From Balanoglossus misakiensis (lineage: Eukaryota > Animalia > Hemichordata): a stretch of DNA of 64,000 nucleotides. Positions 26,229-38,435 of the stretch are shown here, in pieces. Made by a program: the position numbers and the translations under genes. The stretch lies in assembly GCA_040954595.2 (NCBI GenBank), contig CM082576.2, positions 9,179,129-9,243,128 of the forward strand. Direction: 5' to 3'. Position 1 is the stretch's first letter; the number at the start of each line of letters is the position of its first letter. Under the pieces are notes generated by a model. It was given only the letters and a program-made list of their open reading frames with translations. It was not told the origin of the DNA and did no database searches.

Positions 26229-29200
26229 ATGACAACTTTGATGTCGTCCGATGGACCGGCTGAGGTCATCAATGCCAGGAGGACTGAGTCACTAGATGCA
26301 CCAAATATTCTGAAATTGGTCACACCGAGCACAGAAAGTATTTTTGGTCTTGTCAATGTTGTACATCTTATGTAAGTATTTCTTCCCTCATCACTTAGAC
26401 AAGAAAAAAATAATTAAGATAATTTTGAATCTTCCAAAGAAAACAATAAGTTCTTCTTGCATCACACACTATTTTTCCAATGGAATAGTGGCCACAGACA
26501 CATACAATGTACTTAAACATAGCATTTATGTGACCAAATGAGTTTAATAGCAGCATCTAAATTTATTTAGTATATTTTGACCCCTAAGAAATAATTTTAA
26601 GATTTCATCCATTTTTTCCATCCTGGACTTTGAAAATTTATGTGAATTTTTGTGTGTTTTAGCAGTGAGAGAAAATGAGCATCTGTCACTTAAATAAAAT
26701 AAATGTGCTTTTTTATTACAGAGAGAAAGCCATCTTAGCAGTGACTTTGCACAATGAACATGATGAGGTGTTGGCACATGCTGCTTTCTTTGATTATCCT
26801 AACATCAGTGGTGTGGATGAAGCCAAGTGGCAAGATTGGATGGGCCAATATTACGACTGCCATAAAACCACAGTAAGCGGTATTAGAGTGTATTTGTAAC
26901 CCTTTGCACCTTGATCCCCGGGTGACCTGTGACAATATTTGTGGAATTTCTTCCAAGCCAGGTTCAAAGGGTTACAAGAAATGACAGCATATAACTTCTA
27001 AAATACTGGGTCTGTTCGATTAATGATGACGCAGGTTGTCATCAACTTTTACAGAGTGTTTCATCTAGTGGTGTTTGATCTTTTTAACATATGTTCATTT
27101 CCATCTGCAATCTTCTTTTCAGCCGTTGAACAGTGCCTTCATGCACTACTTTGTTTCCAAGCCAGAGTTTGCACACGGCAGTGCGAGAGAAATCCTCAGG
27201 TAAGTCAATTTGAGTTTAGGTGACATTTTCAGAATCAGACCAATGGATATTGAAAAAGACCAAAACTGGTTTGAAATAGCAACTTTTGTACAAATTTCAG
27301 AATAGATGTGTCATCAGATGATCGCACATTATTGAACATGAATGTCACATTTGATCTTCTTTCTCACCAGAACTGCATTCAATGCTGTGCCAGACCTGCA
27401 TTCCATCTATCTGGTGGTTCCACAGAATGTTTTTCCAGATCCGTCCCTGGCAGACATCTTCAAACCCTTGAATAAGAAACGCGGCGGCAAAGTGCTTGAG
27501 AAGTGCACGATCTTTGTCTGTCACAGGCACGACCTCTGCCCTGTTCTCTTTGTGAGAAAGGCAAGGTGAGAGTATAAATAAAATTATTATTTCATCAGTA
27601 CAATGTACATTTATTATTGTTCTATGTATTAACCACAGAAATAAATCCAACTAAATCACTGGCCCTTTTCCTGCAGAGTTGAAGACCATGATGACTTGAC
27701 TCCGATTTTCAACCATCAGAGTGATATGTTGACCAAGACGTATGGCGACTACTTCCTGGCTGAGTTGATTGAAGCACAAGACGACAGTAACCATGCACTC
27801 GTCACTGAGGTATACAGATCTTGAAACACAGTCTTGCAATCAGTCAAACAGTATTCATTTTAAGGTTGTTTTCATGCAATTGAAAATCCCAGTGATACAA
27901 CTTGAACAGTGGAATCTTTTTTGTCTTCTGACAGGTTGATGGCACAGCGGTTGGTTTCATGAGTATCTGCGGTGAAGTGAGCAACTTGGATCTTCTCAAC
28001 GACTGTTTTGAGCTGGGCGCATTCCATGGATTACGAAAGCCCAATCCAGATGATATCCTGGAAGCTCCCCACGAACCCACCCCTGAGCCGTGTAAGTTTC
28101 ATGCGTTGGAAGTATTAATTTCAATGCTTCTTGTTAACAGCGACAGAGACTGAATTTTGTTAACACCACATTTAGTGTTGGGGACGAGTGCATCTTCATG
28201 ATTCACTTGGGTAGTACAGCACTTGCATTGGATTGTCAAGTGGGCATGAAATTTCAGAAACCACTGAAGCAAGTCAGCAGCTACTAAACCACATCTTTTT
28301 TGGCAACTCTCTCATTCTTGCGCATTTCTCCTCCAGCCCCAGTGCCACCAACTCCAGCTGCTGCCGTGGCAACATCAGACGAAGAAAGACCGGACACCCA
28401 AGGGTCTGTTCAAAAGTCAGAAAGACCTGAATCTGCCGGCTCCAAGAAAGGTATGCCGATATTTATATTTGTGCACCAATGTGAAATAGTTTATGAAACA
28501 TGCTGTTTTTTTTCTTGGCATAAAACAGGTACTTTTTTTCCAGTGAAGGTTGTCTATCTGTGCCTGTGCAAAGGAGTGCATTTACACATCAGAGTAGTTA
28601 AAATTACAGAAAATGGAAGAATATTTTCTGTGTGTCACATACATGTAGTTGTCGGTGAAGAAAGGAAGTGGCTCATAGAGTGTGTAAAATGTGTGTGTCA
28701 TACATGAAAGTACAGTGGTTTTCCACTCAACCACTAATTGCTTGCAGAAGTTATAAAATTCTCTCCTTGCATGTGTGTTGTCAGTTGACAGTCATCAAAT
28801 GGGAATTTGGCTAAATGTGTTACTGTTTGTTATCTTTCATGCATGTTTACATGTAATTAAAATTGAATTGGCTCACAAGAAGACACAGAGGAAGAAGGTA
28901 TACAGAATCCTAAAAAAATGCAAATATCGGCTTTTTAATTCCCCCTACATGTTTGTAATATTATCCATGTCAACATTCCAACTATATTTAATAATAATGT
29001 CTGTAAATGCTTTGCGGTAAAGGCTGAATTTAACTGGAATCATTGCCAGTGTGAAATGTAAATGCTTTCCCCAGCCCATGTCTGAATTCCTATAATTTTG
29101 CACTAGTAATCTAAAAAGGGTACAACTGGTATGAATTTAACATCCATGTCTAGTTGTATTAAAGAATGTACATCGTAACCCATGAAAAATTAAAAATCAT

Positions 29201-32200
29201 AACACCTGAAAAATTAATTTGGCAGTGCCATAGGTGCTTAAATTCCTCTTTCATTACCAATCTGTGGTCCAGCACCACTATTTTTTAGTGGTGTCGTTGG
29301 ACCCACAAACACAGAAATTGTTATGAAAGGGTTTAGCTTGGGGTAAATAAATTAAGTCCATGTAGTTCACATTGGTAATAAAAACGCATGCAACATTTTC
29401 GATAGACTTGACATCTTCACTTATTAAAGACCTCCATGACTTACAGTGCAGCTTAGGAATAGCTTTCCAACTGCACCAACACTGGGTCAGCTCTGTTTAA
29501 ACACTGGGTCAACTCTGGGTTGGCACCCTATTGGCGCTCTAATTAGCACCTATTGGGCTTGTGTTTAACTGGGGTGTTCCAAAACAATAGGGTGCGCCAA
29601 GGTGCTAACACTGAACAATGCCAAGTGCCAGGGCCAACAGATTCACACCTTTGTAACACTTGGAACACACAGGCTAACACTGTGTGCCAAAACAATAGGG
29701 TGCGCCAAGGTTTAACACCTTTGTAGCACATGCTAACACTGAACAATGCCAAGTGCCAGGGCCAACAGATTCACACCTTTGTAACACTTGGAACACACAG
29801 GCTAACACTGTGTTGGCTCATTATAAACACCGTGTCAGCAAGTTGTTAGCAAATTGGAAAGCTATTCCTAAGCTGCACTGTAGTAGTGGAATAATAAGTT
29901 TACATGGCATCACGGAAAAAAATGTTGGAAAAGTTAATATCAGCTGTGTAAAGACAGGACAAGATGTTTGAGTCGGCCATCAATTGAAGGCACCATACAT
30001 GTACGTGACGTTTAATATACATTGTACTGCAATCTGAATCTACAGGAGACTTGTCGACAACCCCAGCAGCCGGCAAGACACCCAGCGTCAAAGGAACCCC
30101 ACTTCCATCACAAGCAACACCAGCCTCTCACCCTCCAGCATCCAGAGGTAGGAACTGCTCCTGATAGATTGGTACATGTACATCCACAGACATGTTGTTC
30201 ATCGCCTGATGGTATATAACGTTCAACTTAGTGACCTTACAGAAAATAAGAAGTTTGACAAATGTATGTGATATGTATAATATTTAATGGTTGTTGTTCT
30301 TGTTTTCTGCAGAAGGAACTGAAGGTGACATGAAAGTGAAACCCAAACTTAGTGATATCCAGATGGGAGAGAGGTGAGTCAATGGCTGGGGTTTCTGAAA
30401 ATGTATCCTTCAGGGGTGTTACTACTGTGGTAAAGATTTCATGGCCATCTTCTTGAATGGTATTCATGTGCCCATTTTCCTGAATATATTTCCACTTCTC
30501 TGTTTACAGCACTGGTTCTTTGCCGACCGCAGTTGCTGAAGGTGAAAGCCGACCTGGATCAGCAAAGTCAGGCCATTCTTCAAAGGTCAGGGTCACAAAA
30601 TTTCTTCACTTGGTTACAAGTATCAGTATGAGTAGACGTTTTATCACAATTCATCTCTATTGGTCGACATCACCTGAGTTTTAAATTTGTGTTGGTACAG
30701 GTAGTAGTTTCTGGTCTTAACCTTAACATATATGCAGTGGGTTATGTGTGTCAAGTAAGACCTACAATGTTAAGCCGATTTCTTTCAAAACTCTTCATTC
30801 TTGTCATATTCTTGTTTACAGGGATCAGCGTCTGGCGCGAAGTCGCCGCTAGTTGAAGAAGTGGCAGAAGAGGAACCACCAGCACCCGAGAGAACCCCAA
30901 CACCACAGCTGCCGGTCAGAGCGAAGAGAAAGACATTCAAACCAGTCTACAACGGCCCATCCAACTGCTTCTGCATGCAGCTGTTCTGTATTGATGAGAG
31001 ATACGAGATGAGGTGAGTGGTCTACAGCAAGCGCCGTCTGTCAACTGTGGAAAGGGGATGTTTTAAACGGGATAAAAGCTGTGGTTGTATGGAACATGTG
31101 GGCCAATGCAACCTGACATGCCATGATCCATCTAGTTGTTGTTCAACTAGTTCAGTGGTTTGCACAATGTATCTCTTTTTGATTTAACCCTTCGAACAGC
31201 TCGAGCATTAGACATTTCTGAATAATTGTCTAATGTATTTGACTTCAGGTCGATGGATTTCCTTCCCATGGCATTTGACCTGTTCCCAGACAGAGATTTC
31301 TGTATTATCAGCATGCCTCATCTCATTCCAGAATTTCCACTTCTGCAGAATTTCGTGGTAAGTTTGGGGGGAAAGAAGTTTTACGACAAGTTGTATTCAA
31401 ACTTTGTCTATAATATACAACCCACTGGAACCCATAATTTGCCACATTCAAAGAAATGGAAGTGATTTTCTCATGTGAGAAATTTCACTGAAACAAAGCA
31501 GGTCTATTCATAAAGTTGCACTTGTTTATTTTTTTTTCTCTCTCTCTTTCTCAGAGGATAACACCACGATGTCCTAGCACACTACCGCAGGAACTGTACG
31601 TCTTCAACCGATCAGGATTACTGCAAAACTTTGTGGTCAGCCCGGTGTGTAAAAGCGACGTGCCAGAGATCGAACAGTTGATTGCAACTTTGGACCACAA
31701 AGAGAATGTGTTGGCTGATTTACAGCAGTACAACTTGGCAAGGAGAGATCCAGTGAGTGATAACATGGTTTTGGGGTGGGTGTAGTTGGATGGGTAAACC
31801 AGATGTCTGTGGACAAGTTTTACTGTACATACTAAAATCAACAGCTGATACCTGTATATCTTCAGTGAATTCCCCTCCCCCTCTTTGTTGCCTTAGTATT
31901 TTTTTCCTGAAACCCTTGATGTTATTCTCTCACCAGAACGGCACCCCAATCCAAGCCTTCAAGGCCAAGTGCATGAACCAGGTGGTGGGCGTGGCGGTGA
32001 CCCGGAGGGAGGAAGACATCGAGTACATCCGCTCGCACTACAACATCGAAGACTTCATCTACTTCAACCACCACAGGCGACACGAACACGGCCACCTCCA
32101 CCACTTTGCGCTCAATCCCATCTTCCAGCACTACTCCAAGCATTTCCTGAAGGAAGTCTTGCGGCAGTCGCACCATTCCTGCCTCTATTATCCCGTGTAT

Positions 32201-35200
32201 CCGCCCTACTCTGACGGACAGGTAGGAATTGTTTGCCTCTATAGGGTTGATGCTGCAATATTCGCAGTGGGAGATGTGATTCTTTTGTGGCATTTTTTGC
32301 TGTTAATTAAGTATTATAGGTAAAGTTTTTATTTCATCAAACATTTTTAACGAATGAGTGCTGGTCTGTGTGCATGCAGAAAGTGGAAAATTATCATGCT
32401 AAATTATCATGCTAATTTTTAACTGTCACTCAAAGTATTTCTGAATATTGCACCCCTGCAGACCTCGAAGACCCATTCCCTGGTGTCGGCCTTGAACTTC
32501 ATGGTGCCTGTCAGAGCAAGACGTCAGATCATCTATCCCATGGACAAACTGGGTGAGAATGCGCCCTCTGACAGAGTCTGCAAAGAGGAGGTAAGTTATG
32601 GTCTATATAAAAAAAAAATACATGTACATTTGTATGTGACATGGGTTGATTTTGTAGGGAACCCCGTTGCACAGGTAAACATCTCTAAAGTTTCTTTCAC
32701 TTCTCTCGCTTTCAGGAGAAATATGCACTGAACCACATCAATCGCAAACTGACGTTGGAACCCAAGGTGACCGTCAACGCTAGAATTCTGGTGGTTGGCG
32801 CGTCCGACACCGGCATCTCATTCCTTGAAACTCTGACATTCTGGTGAGTTGCCTGTGCGGTAGAAGTCACGCAAATAAAATCCTCAATCATATCAACTAC
32901 TCTGTCTCTGAACCATATAGCAGCTTTTTTCTATCACACCAAATTTTGATAAACTTTGTTTTGTACTGGGAAAAAATAAATATGTGTATGAGGAAAAAAG
33001 TGTAAAGAAATCATTATTCTACATTTGTCAGCATTCTTTATGTAACAACAACAACAACAACAACAACAATAATGATTTGGTTTTGTTTATTTTGATTCTG
33101 CAGCCCACATTTACGATTCAACAACCTGACACTGATCTCTCCCAATGGTCTGCCTGGTGAGTTGCCGCCAGATCCGGTCCGATCCAGTTTCTTGTCGGCC
33201 AGTCACTGTTACTCGCAAGACGAAATCTCACAGATTTCACTGCGCAGCTGGGTGAATGTTGTCTATTCGAAAATGGTGGCCATCAACAGGTGGGTTCATT
33301 TTTTTCATAGCACATGTCTTACTATTATTAGTAATCTAGAATGTGACATTATACAAGAGATGGTGTCAAATTGTTATCCCCCAAAGTTAAATCTATACTA
33401 AACCTAAGTTTTGCCTGGCTGTGTTTTATTTAGAGTCAGCAAGTACGTGGTTGTAGCTGGTGGAGCCAAAGTTCCATATGATCACCTTGTACTGACCACT
33501 GGTCAGCAGTATCAAGTGAGTGCCCCGACTGAAGCCGATATTGACCAGTTGCTGACCAATGATGAAGTGCCAAACAGTCCCAACAGGAGGTTTACCGGCG
33601 TGAAGCCGAACAACGCCTTTGTCATCAATGATGAGTACGACGCGTTTGAAGCCAAGCGATGGCTGAACAAAAAGTTTGTCAACACTGAAGGTAATGTATG
33701 AGGCCGTGAATTTTGCCGAATTTAAAAAATGGTTTTGCTATGGACAAGAGATGGTGATCACTAGCATTTGTTTGTTAAAGGACATCGAAATAATCTGGTT
33801 TCAGACAAGCTTTTGTTTAATAAAAAAAATCACCCCAGCAACCTGTGTTTGGCGAGACAATATTTGTACCCTATTGTCAAATGGAAAGGCAGTTTCTTTT
33901 TTTGTCTTACACTAGTGTCTGTAGTAGCGCTGACAAAGTCATCCGATGATTTTGTTCATTTACACAATTTACAGAGAAAGCACGACTTCAACAAGATAAT
34001 GTTGCTGTCTTTTAGTTAGCTAATCAGTTTGCTAATTTTTTTTGTTTTGTTTATGAAATGTTTTTATTGTTGCAATTTGTATTTATATTCTCAGCTCGTT
34101 TGATGAAAAATTGCAGATACAGGCAAAGTCTTGTTGGATACCTTTATTGACATTAAAAATCACACTTTGTTCTCAACAGGGAAAGTTATCGTTTACGGGA
34201 ACACGATCGACGCCTACGCCACCATCCAGACGCTGCTGACGCTGGGCGTAACCGGCGAGCGCATACAACTCGTGGAGCCGCCGCGCGACTACCAGCCAAC
34301 CTGCTTCAATAACTCCACGGTGGACAAGGCCGTCGCTGCCGCCCTGGCAGACAAGGGCATCCAGGTGCACTCGGGCTACTACCTGGCCCAGTGGAACGAC
34401 GGCAAAGGCGGCGACGAAGTCCACTGCGCGTCGTTTACCTCGGAGACGAAGCCCATCAAGCTGGAATGCTCGACGTTCTTCTGTTTCAACCGGAAAGCGG
34501 TGGATTTCGAAGCCTTCAAAGGTAGACCAGACGTTTATTTATTATCTCGGGGCTTGAGGGCCACTTTCACGTGGTGTCGGTATTAGGGAGAAAAAAACCC
34601 ACGCCCGCGTCTGCATTGTATGGAAATGTCAGCATTCTCCTCCTGTGAATTGCATCATATTTTATTTGTGTGGACTGACCTTTTTGAGCAGTCAACCCTT
34701 TCCTGGGGACTCTTTAGCAATACAGTGTGTGGGGAATTTTCAAGGCGGTCAGTCTGTTTTTCTGCACAGGTTGCCTATGATTTTAAACCCACTGTCGTGG
34801 ATGTTCAAAAGTTCAATAAACTTGGTGTCCGTGAGAATAGAAAGGGGAAGGTACATACATGTATTCACATCACAGAGAATTGTAATGCCTTTTATTTTGG
34901 AATAAGATTGCTTACTCTATCTGGAGTGTCATTTCAATTTCAACTTTCTTTATCTTGGCCACAGCAATCAACGACAGCTGTCTGGTTTATGATGGTAAAC
35001 TGGTCATTGATGGTAATTTCCACACCAACGATCTGTCCATCAGAGCTGCCGGACCACTCACAAAATTCCAGAGGAAATATCACGCTGACCAGTGGTAAGT
35101 TTATAGGGAGAATATTAGTTTCTGATGATTCACTGATGTAAAATGAAACATTGTACCATGGAAGACAATTCATTTTATTGATCAAAGATCTCGTTAATAC

Positions 35201-37165
35201 ACCTTACTGTAAATGTTTTTTTTCTTCAAATCATCTAGGACTCATTCAAACTTCAATTCTAAGGAGGTGGGCTTCATGCTGGCATCGACCATGCTGCGGC
35301 TCTTCGACCCGACCATCGAGAACGACACACAGCCACCCCTGGAGTCCCACAACTTGATACCCATGTACCGCAATGCCAAAGTGGTGGGTGCCACTCTGCC
35401 TGGCGATTACCACTACTTGCACTTTGGCAAACCCTGCTTGAATCAGTCCCTGGATGCCTTAATGGCACAGCAAGATTATGTGAGTTCTTGTGTGCATAAT
35501 ATGTCTTTATAAAGAGTTTAGGTTGCAAAGTTAAGCCCCCCCCCCAAAAAAAAAATGTGGTAGTAGTCAAATAATTGATGTCCATAATGTCATCTTATTG
35601 TTAACACGTGCAGTGTTCTTTTGTGGATGTGCCCTTTACAACCCCTCAACACATCCCTGCATCCTGCTTGTTTTCTTGGCATGGATGCAGCAGTTTCAGT
35701 TCTCATCTTTTTGTCTCCGTGTGATTCCAGGGTGAAGAGCTGGTAACTGGTCACCCGGACAAAGAAGGTCTGGAATACTTTAGGATACATGTCAACCAGT
35801 ATGACCAAGTAGAGACGGTCACTTGTCTCTCGAAACAGGTAAACTTCTCTCCCTTTGTTGTTGTTTTTTGGGTCATTTAGATTTGCACAGGTGACTGTAT
35901 ACCTTTAACAATACCCTGATCTGATAATACCCCTTTTTTCAACTTTTCTAGCCGATTGAGACTGGTAACCTGCTGTGTCTCTACGGCCTGCACGAGAGAC
36001 TCCTCAACAACATGGCGTCTCGATTCAAGGAGGGTTTGATCAAGGACTTCTACGCCTTCTTCAGGGAGACTTGGTGCCTGGCCATCTTCCACGACCGCTT
36101 CAGCGACTTCAGACAGGAAGTGAGGGAGCTGCTGATCCAAAGACCAGTGAGTGTCCTTCTCTGTCTATCTCTTCTTTGTAGTTTTCGTAACAGCGGGGGG
36201 TATGGGGGAGGGGAGATTCTAGTTTCCACACCACTGATCGTGAATGCCCCCCGGTATTGTGAGAGAACAGAGAATGCCCTGAAAGGTGAACATTTCGGGA
36301 TAAAAAAAATGGGCAGGTGATCCAGCCTGTCCCATTGTTGGTGGCATCGCTTCTTCGAGCTGTCCCATGGCGATCTGGCGATGTGTCCTTCATGTATGCC
36401 TCTCGCTCTTTCATAACAGTATTGCCTTACACGGTTTGACTTGTGATTGTTCACTTGCGCAACGTGTTATGTAAGTGATGTGGAATGTAAGTGTGGGTGT
36501 GAGCCTTTTTTTCAGACTGAGAATTGCTTGTAGAGGAGCAGAGACGCAATTTGTGCAGTGATATATAACATGGACCAAAATTTTTCCCCTTTTAAAATTT
36601 TAGACTAAAAAGCAATTAGTTTTGTTAGAGAAAATAATTTCACTGTTACCTTGGATGGAAATTTAAAAACCCATACCATCCCCCCAAGATAATATCAAAA
36701 AGTCCTGTTTCTATTGCCAAATGTTCAACTTCTCCAGATGAATTTTGTGTTCTGTACTTTTTCCCTTGCAGTCTACTGATATGGCATCTCTGGAAGAGAA
36801 GGTACGGGACCTGATTGACCAGGACCTACAGGTATGACCATATCCATTCATTTATGTGATGGAAATCAAACAGAATTAACTAAAATAGAATTCATGATGG
36901 ATTATGAAGTCAACAGTAAAACTTTTTTCAGAAAATTATAGTTTTTCTTGAAGTGTGTCATATGCACATATGAAGTGTACATCATCTTTAAAACATCGCA
37001 ATACATTCTGTTGTTGTTTTTCAGCTGGAGAGAAAAGATCGCAAATACCTGAATGAAGCGTACGAGGACGGTGGATACAAGAGGTCGGTGGAAACACGTC
37101 TGCTGAGTTTCTTGAGCTACAACCATTATCATTTACCCATGTACGCGAAACCTGGCATGGTCTGA
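26229..37165 (+). CDS. CFAP61: Cilia- and flagella-associated protein 61 (C20orf26 homologue), 25 coding exons
   Basis: Exons 26229-26371, 26722-26872, 27123-27199, 27371-27565, 27677-27809, 27935-28091, 28337-28450, 30046-30147, 30313-30373, 30510-30585, 30822-31012, 31249-31357, 31555-31752, 31937-32221, 32462-32590, 32716-32843, 33104-33289, 33434-33690, 34180-34521, 34965-35094, 35239-35479, 35731-35838, 35952-36146, 36772-36831, 37025-37165; all introns GT-AG and phase-compatible. Peptides: [53 protein letters not shown] (Rossmann-like), [15 protein letters not shown]. Confidence 0.95.
26894..26977. mobile_element. Small fold-back element / MITE remnant in CFAP61 intron
   Basis: 18-bp inverted repeat TTGTAACCCTTTG(C/A)ACCT at 26894-26911 and 26960-26977 with one mismatch. 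The TAACCCT...AGGGTTA ends resemble piggyBac-type MITEs. Confidence 0.5.
29249..29330. repeat. Imperfect hairpin / degenerate MITE in CFAP61 intron
   Basis: CTTTCATTACCAAT..TGTGGTCCAGCACCACTA pairs imperfectly with TAGTGGTG..TGGACCCACA..ATTGTTATGAAAG. Confidence 0.45.
29444..29880. mobile_element. Tc1/mariner-like MITE with internal 128-bp duplication
   Basis: Perfect 27-bp TIRs CAGTGCAGCTTAGGAATAGCTTTCCAA (29444-29470 and 29854-29880) flanked by TA on both sides. An internal ~80-bp segment TGCTAACACTGAACAATGCC... is repeated at ~29603 and ~29731. Confidence 0.9.
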
Positions 37166-38435
37166 GGTTCACATTCATTGTTGCCAGCACAGTCAGTGTG
37201 GAGTGTAGACTTTAAGGGTTGTTATGATCATGGACTAGAGAAATGTTCATGTGATTATTTTTTCAGGATTTGAACATTTGAAGCTTTTTTCAGTTTGAGT
37301 TCCATGGCTTCACGTGTGTACATTGTATAAAAATGCCAAAAGAGTATGATAAAGTAAAAAAAGAAAAGTTAGCACAGAAACTATTCCGCCCACAATGTGA
37401 CCCTGAAAATACATTGAAAATTGTTGTTGTTTATAGAGGGACATTGAGTGTCGTGTGCATATTAGTTGCAAAAAGCTCTATTTTATAATTATTGGATCGG
37501 TGGGTGTTGCATGCCAACACATCACAATTTTTATATATTAGATATATTTAACAGTTGTAACACAATAATTAAATAGCCTGTGTGACATTACACTTCTGTG
37601 TAACCCTAGCAACCTTGACTTTTGCAACATTTTAGTGGATTTTGTTGGCTCTGAAACATGGAATAATTTCATCAGTGTGCAGTGTGCAGCTTGTTGAGTC
37701 AAATATACCAGTAGCTTTTTGGTGATCTGTCTCATTTGTGCAAGCCTCTTCAAATATTCCTAGACATTTTGAGTAATAATGATGTTGTATATATCTGTAA
37801 TTCAGTGCAAAAGATATTATTAATAAAGCAAAATATTGGTCAATGTCTTGAACCCTGCACCATGTATTATCTATAAACTACAGTTGTTATGCTGTCTTAT
37901 TGACAAGTGAATAAATTTGTATTTGTACGAAACCAGCATTTGTTTGTCTCTGGCATACTTTTTCCAGTATTAACGTCCATAAGCAACACTTTAGATGTTG
38001 TGATTTGCTCCTGTGCAAGTAAAATGTAAAGACTTGCAAACCATGGCATGCAGACTTTGTTCTGGGTGATCTGATCTCCTGGAGGACCGGCTACCCTAGA
38101 TTTTGAGGGTTTTAAAAAAAAGTTTTGGCACGGTTTCAAGGATTTCACCATGACATGTCTGAAATTTTCCCGCCGTCAATAGTGTGTCTGCATTTAGTGT
38201 GGACCCCGTGTTGGCATTTTGCCCCCAAGGGGATTGAAAATTCTCAAGGTGTGTAATCCAAATCTGGAGAGAGGTGGACTTGTGATGGTTGATTAGCAGT
38301 GTGACTCTTAGAAGTGTAGAGGGAGCTATTAGCGACAAGGGGAACACTCAGTTCTTTGGGGTCTTTTATTATCAATTAGCTGCAGTCATGTTTTTGAAAT
38401 GACGACTTTTGTAAAAAAAAAAAAAAAGAAAAACA

